DNA of 63,591 nucleotides, counting the filler, from Neolecta irregularis DAH-3 (Eukaryota), in the NCBI GenBank assembly GCA_001929475.1. It is 16 parts of 16 records of this genome, joined end to end, with 100 filler letters (N's around TTAATTAATTAA, not from the genome) between each part and the next. Parts side by side here need not be neighbours in the genome. Positions count along the whole stretch, not along the records: positions 1 to 2,909 come from LXFE01000227.1; positions 3,010 to 5,660 come from LXFE01000229.1; positions 5,761 to 9,798 come from LXFE01002709.1; 13 more parts are not named here. The stretch is one strand, 5' to 3'. A program made the translations under genes and the position numbers. The notes under the pieces were generated by a model. The model ran no database searches and was not told where the DNA came from. It was given only the letters and a program-made list of their open reading frames with translations. Shown in pieces: positions 1 to 9,898 of this stretch (the first letter of the stretch is position 1; every line of letters starts with the position of its first letter).

Positions 1-2
1 GC

Positions 3-71
3 AACGGCTCCTTCGGCGTCGTCTTCCACACAAAGCTGCTCCCCTCAAACGAAGACGCCGCCATCAGGCGC
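3..71 (+). pseudogene. GSK3-family kinase fragment (Gly-rich loop), similarity lost after AAIRR
   Basis: Translates [23 protein letters not shown], close to fungal GSK3 [24 protein letters not shown]. It then runs into unrelated sequence and a stop, with no splice donor at the break. Confidence 0.7.
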
Positions 72-712
72 CAAGGACTATGGTCTGGTTCAAGGAAATT
101 CCCTTTAGAGTCTCAGACAGGGATTTAAGGGAGAACAAGGCTTTTTTTCATTATCAATAGCTGGTTTGTACCTCACTAGGAGGGCAGGCTTCAACTGACA
201 ATTTGAGTAGACTTTACTTCCCAAGTGACTGGCCACCTATCTAGAGAAGTGCACCAAAAGTCTGGTATGGAGTTCTAGCCCACAAGACAAAGCGCTCCTG
301 CAGTGTCTGAACACAAAACAGGGAATGACCAAAATTAAGTGCAGGGACACCCTGCTCACAAGGGTAGCAAGGACTGTCCTTGGAAAGAGGTTCTGTACTA
401 TTATTTATAATCCCGCTCTGTGATCCACAGTTGCTCTCGCAGCCTTCCGTTCATGCCCAGCCGGCTTCTTCTGTGCCACTGGTGTCTCAGTTATTGCTAT
501 AGCTTAGACCACGGGTAAAGTCGCTACGGCGTCCTAACGCACCCACCGCGAGATAGGTGTGAGACAGGGAACAACAAAAAAGTGTGTGCGGAACCTCTAT
601 AAATATGGTCTGGGATAGTACGTAGAAGTAAAAAGCTAACCAAGTCTTATTGGTGTACGGCCTGCTCAGTTTCCATCTACACAATACACTACCCGCATAT
701 ACAACCACCCAC

Positions 713-2050
713 ATGTTGTCAAAGCTGTTCTTGCTCTTTCTGTCTTCAGCGATGGGGAATTTGGCCCATTTCACAGATATCACAACTCGATTTCAACACA
801 CTGGTGGCTTCTACACTGGTCCATCACAAATCGTTGACAACGACACAACGGACGAACCACAACTAAAAGCTTCCTGTGCGAAAGCATGCCTTGAGGCCAA
901 ATATTTTTGCAAAGTGTTCATGGTTATGATGAAACCGTTGCCATTCTGCACACTGTTTGCGAAGCCGGTATCAGAATTAGTCTATCATCATTACGAAGCT
1001 TGTGGCCCACTAACAATATTCGAGTAAGTGCTTGTGACTAAGGGTGAATTTTGACAATCTAGGTTTTCTAAATCAGAATATGTTGAACCCATTGTGGACA
1101 GATTTTCTCATAATCTTCATCCAAAATCTCAATGGATTGAAGAGGGGTATGGTTTCGGCTATCTTGAAAAGGAGTATGGTTCAACAAAAATGTCAAAAGG
1201 CATCTTCGAGAATATCATGAAGGGTTACACACTTGCCATGAAGAGCCAACCATCAACAGCACTCGCTAGAAAATTTCATCGAAGAGCAGCTTCTGAACTT
1301 GTAGCATTTTCTGGCCAGGAGGGCGCCAAGCCAACTGCAGAATCCATTGCCAACATTTTGTTTACTTTTCTGGATGTGTTCTGCCCGCATCTTCATCTAA
1401 ACATAAAGACTATTTACGATCCAACCAAAAACCAGCTTTTCATCGATAGCCCAAATATCCACATCCTCGTCGTTTCATTCGGGCCTAGTGATTATGCGAT
1501 AGTGCAAGATGTGCCTAACGACCCAGAAGCATCTTTGGTTTTTGTATCAAATGAACGAAGAATGCCCGAAGGCTCCGACACAGACTCTGAGTCCGACATT
1601 GACGATGTAGACTCTGAATCCGACATTGAGGACGACGTAGATTCTGACGTAGATACCGACTGCGTACTCCACGACTCTGGCGACATTAACGACCTTGGGA
1701 ATGACGTAGACCCCCACGACATCGTGGCACTGTTTCAACAAGTAATGAAGACACCCTTCGAGAATGTCAATGCTATTTATCGCCATATCGATTACGGGCG
1801 CGAGCTCGACATCGGTGCACAAGGGATGCTCTTATTGAACTACATTCTACACGCACTTCTTGAACCTAGAATGCTTACAGATATCTATACTGGTCAATTA
1901 AACGGGGTTGAGCTTATATTCTATCGAGACCTGGTAACAGCTGTGATCTCAAAGGCTTATGAAAACGGTGAGATAGCTACTTTTAGATCCAGATTGCATG
2001 CAAAAATCAACGAGAAGCAGTTTAATGACATCTCATTCAACAAGCAATAA
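713..2050 (+). CDS. Secreted protein, N-terminal PAN/apple-like Cys module plus uncharacterised C-terminal domain with acidic insert (family member 1)
   Basis: Signal-like MLSKLFLLFLSSAMG and motif C-x3-C-x6-C-x12-C. A phase-2 intron 1024-1062 (gtaagt..ctag) joins ORF 650-1027 in frame to ORF 1094-2050. TATA-like tataaata near 598. Paralogue at 23023. Confidence 0.8.
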
Positions 2051-2206
2051 TACTCAAATGTATGTTATCAAAGGTCAGAGGTTTCTTGTTTTTGTTTAAG
2101 CTTTTATGTACGCTCGAGTTAGTTTTCTCAAGTGAATGGCAGCTGTAGCCTACAATATCAGTTTGAGCGTAGGTAGAAGACAAAGTGGAAGGAAAAGATA
2201 GCATTA

Positions 2207-2658
2207 GTTATGGCAATCGGCAGGGGAGCATCTGGGAGGGGTGTATATTGTAGATGACGACTGAATATGCAAAGATGGCCGGGAGAAAGTTGGTGTGGTA
2301 GGTGTGGGGACTTATTCATGCCCCACGATCAGACATCACCGGCGCCCCGCATCGCAAGCCACCATGACTTCCCCAACGGTTCAAGGCTCATTGACGTCGA
2401 CGCCGATCAAAGCAGCCTGACTGTTCCGAAACCAGAGCGAATGGCAAATGTCTCGTCCAGTGTGTCCGACCGCCCTGTCCTGCGACTCGAGCTTCTGCAC
2501 AGCCTGGGCCTACCGCACCAGCTTTCTCACAGCCATCTTTACCAACTTAGTCATCATTTACAATATACTCCAGCAGCAGCAGCAGCAGCAATCGCAACCG
2601 AAGTTACCGTTCTTCCCTCACTACTTCTCCCAGATGCTCCACCGCCGATTGCCATAAC
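2207..2658. repeat. Imperfect inverted repeat (arms 2207-2302 and 2509-2658)
   Basis: ttatggcaatcggcaggggagcatctgggag matches the reverse complement of ctcccagatgctccaccgccgattgccataa at 29/31 positions. Two further colinear inverted blocks are present. Confidence 0.85.
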
Positions 2659-2909
2659 CCCATCAACTGGCCCGCCCTGACCAGCTTCTGGCTTGATGAA
2701 AATATCCAGTACCTGCCCCTCACACCTGTATATTCTTCCTTGCTGCCCCTCCAGCTCGGGCCTATGCCGCATCTGCCATCCAGTGTCGAATCTCGAATTT
2801 GTGAGTATGGATCTTTATATTCGATTGATCATGTTTATACATGTGTTCTGTCCCACCTGTGGAATCGCCCAGCCTCACCACCAAATCCACTAGCCTCATA
2901 AAATATACC

Positions 2910-3009
2910 NNNNNNNNNNNNNNNNNNNNNNNNNNNNNNNNNNNNNNNNNNNNTTAATTAATTAANNNNNNNNNNNNNNNNNNNNNNNNNNNNNNNNNNN
3001 NNNNNNNNN
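2910..3009. other. Artificial contig-joining linker (N-run, TTAATTAATTAA, N-run)
   Basis: Six-frame stop linker. It recurs near 5661, 9799, 13149, 14368, 30872, 32108, 41255, 43190, 48623, 49982, 51610, 55944, 59028 and 60195. Confidence 0.99.
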
Positions 3010-3727
3010 TGGTCGGCCAATCCGGTTGCGGAAAATCCACTGTAATTAGTCTTATCGAGAGGTTCTATGACCCAATTTCTGGTGTTATCGCTGTCGATGG
3101 TATTGATATCAAAGACCTAGACTTGGCGAACTACAGATCACAAATTTCCCTTGTTTCGCAGGAACCAACCCTCTATGAAGGTATAATTCCAATCTTCATT
3201 GCCGTCGTTGATTCAAGGTTCTGTCAAATTCAATGTCAAGATTGGAGCGACTCGCGATGTTACCGACGAAGAAGTGATATCTGCATGTAAAGATGCACAC
3301 ATCCACGAATTTATCGAATCTCTTCCACAGGGGTACGAAACTTTATGTGGTCAGAAAGGCAGTTCAATGAGTGGTGGTCAGAAGCAGCGTATTGCTATTG
3401 CTCGTGCTTTAATTCGGAATCCCAAGATCTTATTACTGGATGAGGCAACGAGTTCTTTAGACTCTATGTCTGAAGAGGTTGTCAATCAAGCTCTTGAGAA
3501 AGCCTCTGAAGGCCGTACGACTGTTGCTATTGCTCATCGGTGTGATATTTTATTATTTCGTGATTTTGCTAATTAGTCCAAGGCTATCTACTATTCAAAG
3601 AGCTGACGTCATTTATTTCATGGAAGGAGGTAAAGTCGTTGAACAAGGAACACATAATGAGTTGCTCGCTTTGTCTGGGAAATATTTCGACATGGTCCAG
3701 ATGCAGCATCTCGAAATGGCCCTTTGA
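3010..3727 (+). CDS. ABCB/MDR-type ABC transporter, C-terminal NBD2 (5' truncated by contig edge)
   Basis: Walker [11 protein letters not shown]-loop VSQEPTLY, signature [14 protein letters not shown], Walker B LLLDEATS and H-loop IAHRLSTI, with two short introns. Confidence 0.95.
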
Positions 3728-3911
3728 GTTCGTTGATATCTGGGAGCGTGGCAAGATTAGAGGGTGGTTTGAGAGGACAGTCACAGGCGGGTGGGCAAGG
3801 GTAGGCACTGTTGGTAATGGGCCAAGCACATGGACTATTCTGAGGGTCCAGCCAAGTGTGATGTATAGAATATGGATCACTAACCCACGTGATATGAGAT
3901 ATTACTATTTC

Positions 3912-4295
3912 GGGCAGCCCTTCTCCCCCTGTCCCATCCTGTCCGCCTTCAGACCCGTCTCGCCTGCCTCTCCCATCTATCGCGCCTCTCCAGCCTCGCG
4001 CGCCCGTCTCGCGCGTCTCTCCCACCTCGTGCTCCTTCTCCCCCACCTCGTCCGCCTCACCAGCCTGTCCCGCGCGTCCTGTCCCGCCTCGCCCGTCCCG
4101 CGCATCCTTCTTGCCCTGCCTGTCTCGCGCGCCTGCCTCGCGCTCCTGTCTTGCGCGCCCTTTTGGCCTGTTTGACCCACCCATCTTTGCCCACCTGCCT
4201 GTTGGTTTCCTTGCCAATATTTAGATAGATATAAGAATTATATACATAATATAGCAATGTAAACTTGCTTTTTAACATTTTCCTGCCCTGCCCAA
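3912..4295 (+). repeat. Pyrimidine-rich low-complexity dispersed repeat with conserved AT-rich end (probable transposon subterminal sequence)
   Basis: ccgcct/ctgtcc-rich tract ending in cccacccatcttt..attatatacata..gcaat.taaacttg.tttttaa..ttcctgc. The same end occurs at 59801-59887, and a related fragment lies at 55880-55943. Confidence 0.75.
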
Positions 4296-5465
4296 CTCTG
4301 CACTGCGTGCCACCACCCGAATTGGTTGTCACATGTTAGGCCCGTCATGGGGCTCAGGCCTGGGAGAGGCACACATGAACGGGTATTTAGGTAGGCCCTG
4401 GTGTTCTAGTCGTACGGGATCGTACCGTCGAGGCGACTGGGCCGCGGCATGCGGACAATATAGTTCCCAGACGTCTGCCGTTCGCACTGCCGCTGCGCGA
4501 GCGGGGCGCGCGGCAGATGTGTGTGAGGGTGCTGGCGGGGCAGACGGGGCACCAGGGGAGTAACGGTGCCGCGGGTGGAGAGAGTCGTTGAGACTTGGTA
4601 CGACGGGTAGGAGCAGAACCCCCGGGTGGAGCAGAATCCACCAGTAAAGAAAACCCATTTCCTGCTCCTAACCCCCCTCATCATTCCTTGTCCCATGAAC
4701 CCTCCCCGGCATCCTCCCCTCGTCGCCCTCTGCGAGCACCGCTACGTCCTTCCGTCGCCTTCCTCACCGCTTAACTGCTCGCCCGTCTCGACAACCTCGC
4801 CCCCCTCGTCGCCCACTGCTCCCACGCCTGGATCGCCGCTGCCGCAGAGGCTATGCACCAGCTGGAAAATTGCACAAAGCCCCGCCCCTTCTCTGCCGGC
4901 GCTACTACGGCGACATCGCCGTCCTTCCGCGGGTCAAGTGCAAGTACCTGCCTATCCCCCTCGATGCCCGCGATCCTGCCAGCCTACAACTTGCAGCGCG
5001 CCTGGCTCTACGCCGCTGGGCAACCCCGCGCTCGTCCTGGCCGTCTCCAGCCCGTTACGGTACGTCTCGTGCCTTGCGCAACTCCTGCTCCCGTCCGCGG
5101 CTGCCGGCCCTGCCCCACGACTCGGGGGTCTATGCCGGCACCAGTCCGCGGTTCCTGCTGACTCCGGACACAGGTATATAAGCCCACCCTTAGATAGAAA
5201 ATAGGATATCTTTTTTTGCTCAAGACTTGTAGCCGTCGTTGAGTTCTCCTCTGTGCTGCACCCCAAGACCTTGAGACACTCTTGGGCTTCGCAGGGTAAG
5301 TTTTTGCAAGTACTGATACGATTTGGGGCGTGCCCAGCAAGTGTAACAAAACACGCACAAAAAGAATAAAGAGGAGGATATATACAAACTTTGTATCTAA
5401 GTACATAAGTTTTCGTACACCCCTTAGAGACAGCACAATGGTGCTAAAAGTAAAACCTAGGGAGG

Positions 5466-5660
5466 TGTAAGGATATATCCAGGGTATTACCGGATATATC
5501 TTACCAATGAAGCAAGTGACGGAAAAGAAAAATGGCAATTGTATTTAGAAAGTATATAAAGACTTAGCGGGCATACCTTAACTGTCAGCGTACTACCTTA
5601 GGTTGGGCGCTGATGTGGACTTAGGTTGGATATGCTGCCGTAGATACTTGCTAAAGAGAG
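5466..5660 (+). mobile_element. Probable LTR start with terminal hairpin, preceded by a purine tract
   Basis: agggagg is followed by TGTAAGGATATATCC..GGATATATCTTACCA and a downstream TATA-like tataaag. A similar hairpin occurs at 30464. Confidence 0.45.
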
Positions 5661-6489
5661 NNNNNNNNNNNNNNNNNNNNNNNNNNNNNNNNNNNNNNNN
5701 NNNNTTAATTAATTAANNNNNNNNNNNNNNNNNNNNNNNNNNNNNNNNNNNNNNNNNNNNCAGTAACCCACTCTGCGCCGGCCTCTGCCGCAGCTAGAGG
5801 TAGTCTGTGAGTCTGGACAAGATGATGAAGCACCAGCTGCAGGTGGGTGAATCGCGATTGGGAGGCATAGTGCTGATTGCAGGAGTACGAGTCGATATAC
5901 CANNNNNNNNNNAGTGAAGTTTTTACTTTTTAGTCATACTTTTCAACTCACTTCCGCTTACATGCATATGTAAATGTCAACCTTTGAGACAGCACCAGGA
6001 TCCTAACGCCACTGAGCCAATCCATTCATCTGCTGAGTTATAAGAAGATGTCGTTTACATGGATTAGATCAAGTACATAAACTGCTAAACAATTGGCTAT
6101 CTAACAAGACAGCACGGGTGCCTGCAATCTTTGCCGGCAAGGCTCCTGTAGGGATATTCACAAGTATTCTTGTTGGTTGTAATGATTGTAGTCTTATTTG
6201 TAACCGAGCTTCAACACTTACACCCCCTGTCTCTAGGCCGAGTTTTAGGATTCCACGAGACTGTCGAAGCTGGGTGTGCGGGTAGGCTGGGCGCCATGAC
6301 GGATGAATGCTGGTGTCGCACCACAGTGCAGTAACCCACTCTGCGCCGGCCTCTGCCGCAGCTAGAGGTAGTCTGTGAGTCTGGACAAGATGATACTGCA
6401 GGTGGGTGAATCGCGATTGGGAGGCATAGTGCTGATTGCAGGAGTACGAGTCGATATACCAGGCGAGGTAGCAGGTTGGGGTGGCAGGC

Positions 6490-6700
6490 GGCAGGAGCTG
6501 CAGGGATGACTCCATCCTTTGGGCGAGCAACTAGAAGGGATAGGCCTGCAGTGGGAAACGCTCGTCAATCTCTGCGGGCGACGGTCTCTGCAGGGGACGG
6601 CAGCTTCTACGAAGGAGTCTTGGGTGAGGGGCATGATTTTCCGACAGGGTTCTGGGAGGGTTCTGGGAGGGAAGGTTTCTTTGGGGGGAGGGATTGGAAT
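6490..6700 (-). repeat. Dispersed repeat homologous to 37370-37520 (+)
   Basis: Shared cagaac.ctccc..tcgg.aaatca..tagaagctgccg..agagac..cccactgcaggcct..ctcgcccaaaggat. Both copies read PTAGL..LV.RPKD. Confidence 0.75.
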
Positions 6701-7371
6701 GATTTGAGGGGAAGGCTCTGGAAGACCTGGAATAGACGTGTCTAGGTGTTTTTGGATAAATTGGAAGAGGTTTCTGATAAGACTCGATTGTGTTGTGATG
6801 GATATTGGTGAAACATTGCCTCTCAACTACATTTGATGCAAGTCAAATACTTGAGGTTATTCATATGACATCTGAATCAATTACATTTAAAGATGGTACA
6901 TCATATGCCCAGTGCTCTGTGTCACCGGCTTGAACAATGTACTTTTGGATCTCACGCACAACCCAGTGCTTCATTTTCGAGTCTGAGTGCATAGGCACGT
7001 TTACAACCCTGGCCACAATTTCATGAAATCCAAAAACGTGAAATTTGAAATGTATTTATAGTTAACCCGATGCCAGACACGCGAGTTAAATCTGAATTTC
7101 ATGAAATGACGTATTTTCACGCTAATAAAGTTGCTGTAATTGCGCCTAAAGCTAATTTGTGATATTGGAGCACGTTTCCCTACTACGTAAGAGCTAAGAA
7201 AGCCTGTTGATCGCTTTTTAGCGCAATTGTTCATAGAAGGGAAATTCTAGCACCCCACATGACCTTTGCAATCCATGTCTCACTGATATCACGCAAGTAT
7301 CGTTTCCAAGGGTTCTTGTATAAATAACAAAACTAGGCTATTGCAGGAAAAATGTGTGCAGTGAAATTAAC

Positions 7372-8058
7372 CTATGCCACTGTACCGTCCTCTGGGATGC
7401 TTTCCAGCACCACACTACAAGATAAGGGCTCATGATCTGACTTTTGAGTATCATCATCATCATCCGCGTGTTCGGCGCGAGCGGTATCTTCGATATCAAA
7501 TGAGGCGTCCAAACCAACTATATCACACCACAAACTCCACAAGCTCTCTTCCTTGAGTAACACTCTTTTTGTCCTTGCTATCAGTTCGAAATCCGACATT
7601 TCACGTCGAGTTGTGTTTGTCCATATTTCCATCAACGATTCATTTTCGACGGGAAATCGGGCGCGTATGCGATCGAAGGAGGTGGCATTAAACTGTACCA
7701 AGACTTTTATTTCTTCCGGTCGTGATTGAAAGGGCAAGATCTGATGTTGAGGCAAAGGCGTTAGGGAGACTCTTTCATCTGAAAAGTCTATAATAGGAGG
7801 AGTGGATGGCTTCAAGGAATGTCCGCCACCGTCCAACGAGCCTGTTGATGCAGGACGCTCGGAGGATCTGGAGCTCGGAGCGCTTTTTGCGACGCAGATC
7901 GTAGGAGCAAGCTCCAAATAAGGAGCCGTTGGAGAAACAGGGGGGGATGACGGGACTTGTGTTTGGATTTGATTGGGGTCATGGAAGACATCGAGCGAGA
8001 ATTTGCGGCCCGTGTGGGCAAAGTGATGATTTGAATGCTGGAGTGGAGAGGTTTTCAT
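7372..8058 (-). CDS. Hypothetical protein (S/P-rich N-terminus, helical C-terminal domain)
   Basis: Intronless ORF of about 228 aa from MKTSPLQH, with a globular-looking segment PFQSRPEEIK..LWSLWCDIVG. Confidence 0.65.
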   Translation of the reverse strand: MKTSPLQHSNHHFAHTGRKFSLDVFHDPNQIQTQVPSSPPVSPTAPYLELAPTICVAKSAPSSRSSERPASTGSLDGGGHSLKPSTPPIIDFSDERVSLTPLPQHQILPFQSRPEEIKVLVQFNATSFDRIRARFPVENESLMEIWTNTTRREMSDFELIARTKRVLLKEESLWSLWCDIVGLDASFDIEDTARAEHADDDDDTQKSDHEPLSCSVVLESIPEDGTVA

Positions 8059-8445
8059 AGGAAGAGATAGAAACGTCAGACAAGGCAAGCCAATGTGGCG
8101 GGCAAGTTTATATACCCTGCCCTCTATGCGTTTGTGGGGAACGTGCTTGGCGGCAGCCGTCGGAAACGCGGTACATTCTAAACACCATCTCAACATGCGC
8201 GATGACGTAATCGTGTATCGCGCTTGCATGAACCTCCCCCGAAATGTTTCTTGTCGCTTTGGCAAAATATTCCTAAACTACACTTGATATGCCCAGAACA
8301 AGGACCCAGCGCATGTCTGCCCATTCTCACGCCATGCTGACGGAAGCANNNNNNNNNNTGATATGCCCAGAACAAGGACCCAGCGCATGTCTGCCCATTC
8401 TCACGCCATGCTGACGGAAGCAGCTCGGCGTTCACTTCGGCGTGC

Positions 8446-9171
8446 TCAAGATAGCGATTCCGGATTCGTAGAGAAACAGTACCTGCAACAAGCGATAGCG
8501 TGTCTTACCAGACAACAGATTCCGTCGCGAGGCGGTTGAATCTGTATCAAGTAATACATCCGCTTGAAGGATGCGCTAAAATTAGCTAAGCGAGGTTCAA
8601 ACAAGGAACCAAAGGATACGTTTACCGATGAAGTTGAGAATTTTAATCGGGACTGGAGGGTGGAGATTGAAAAGATACAGGCTGAATTGTATTGTGTCGC
8701 GAAAACGTGTTTAATGTTTAGACACGAAAGAGAACAAGTCATACGAGGCAAATTCAGAGTATATGCACAAATGAATCAAGTCCAGCTTCCAGTAAATGAT
8801 GAGACGGCAGTATGTTGCTTTTTCTAAATCCCTTGATAAGCAGGTGTATGCCAGAGAAATCCTCCAAAGTGCAAAGAAGAATAAGCTTGGCGCTATCAAA
8901 TTGAAGCAGGATCTTTCTGTGTGCATACACGAACAGAGTATGCCCGCCCCCTGTTGAATGGTGGTAAATCCAAGGGGAACTCTACTTGGGTGATACTAAA
9001 TTAGCGGCTGATGCCCTTTCTGCACTGAAGAGCAATGCCCTGGACAGTCTTAGAAAGCGGGACCAGGTTATTTGAAGAATACACGCATTCTAACGGATCT
9101 AGATGGTGAAGGAGAAGCGCGTGTTGCGAGGAACTAGAGAGTTTCTGCGTTCTATAGATAATTTGATTTAG
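8446..9171 (+). CDS. Hypothetical multi-exon helical protein, 5' end uncertain
   Basis: Open segments separated by short introns (gtatgt..cag near 8810, gtatgc near 8938, gttatt..tag near 9067), ending [10 protein letters not shown]. Confidence 0.45.
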
Positions 9172-9220
9172 CTCATATATGGATAATAGATGGATTTCAA
9201 TTCACTATCGATGATACCAA

Positions 9221-9730
9221 CTATTGAGGAGCTCGACCACGACCAAAACCTTGTATTTAGCAAGGACGAATACCGTGACAAACCTGATCTGAAATTTGGG
9301 TTAAAGTCTCCCGGGACAGCAGGTTCTTTCCTTCGATATTCCTCACGGTCTCTGTTGACTTTGTATGCACCTTCACCGGATCGTTGAAGACTTCGGGGCT
9401 GTTGGGGCCGTAATTGTTTCTTGTGTGTAGCGGGGACGATTTCGGCGGGCAGATGGAGCCATTCTCTGAGGTAGTCGAGACCTTCGTTGGTCAAGGTGTA
9501 GTAGTAGTATTGCCATGAGAATTTAGTGGCGACGAAACCTCTGCTGTTGAGGGACTGCATGGCCTTTATGACTTCGAGGTTTGGGACTTCGATATCCATG
9601 TGTTTGGGAGCATAAAAGTCTTTCTTTGCAACGAGGACGCCCTCTGATTGGTTAGAGGGACTGATAGAGGGGACAAACCCTTGAACAGAGACTCGTAGAT
9701 TTTACGACGATTTTCCTTGGAAATGAGCAT
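9221..9730 (-). CDS. RPS10: 40S ribosomal protein eS10
   Basis: [69 protein letters not shown], with two introns. Confidence 0.97.
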
Positions 9731-9898
9731 GATGGGTGGCGTCGGGTAGAGTTGGTGTTAAAAGGCAGTCTCCGGAGGGTAATTGTGACGAGGGCACGNN
9801 NNNNNNNNNNNNNNNNNNNNNNNNNNNNNNNNNNNNNNNNNNTTAATTAATTAANNNNNNNNNNNNNNNNNNNNNNNNNNNNNNNNNNNNNNNNNNNN

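Noticed and set aside
3618..5266. Many overlapping Arg/Gly/Pro-rich ORFs
   Set aside because: Stop-poor GC-rich or low-complexity repeat DNA with no recognisable domain.
5761..5902. Duplicate of 6328-6461
   Set aside because: Lies between a linker and a 10-N gap, so it is probably an unmerged overlap or allele.
8287..8420. 62-bp direct repeat flanking an N gap
   Set aside because: Identical sequence on both sides of the gap indicates a scaffolding overlap artefact.
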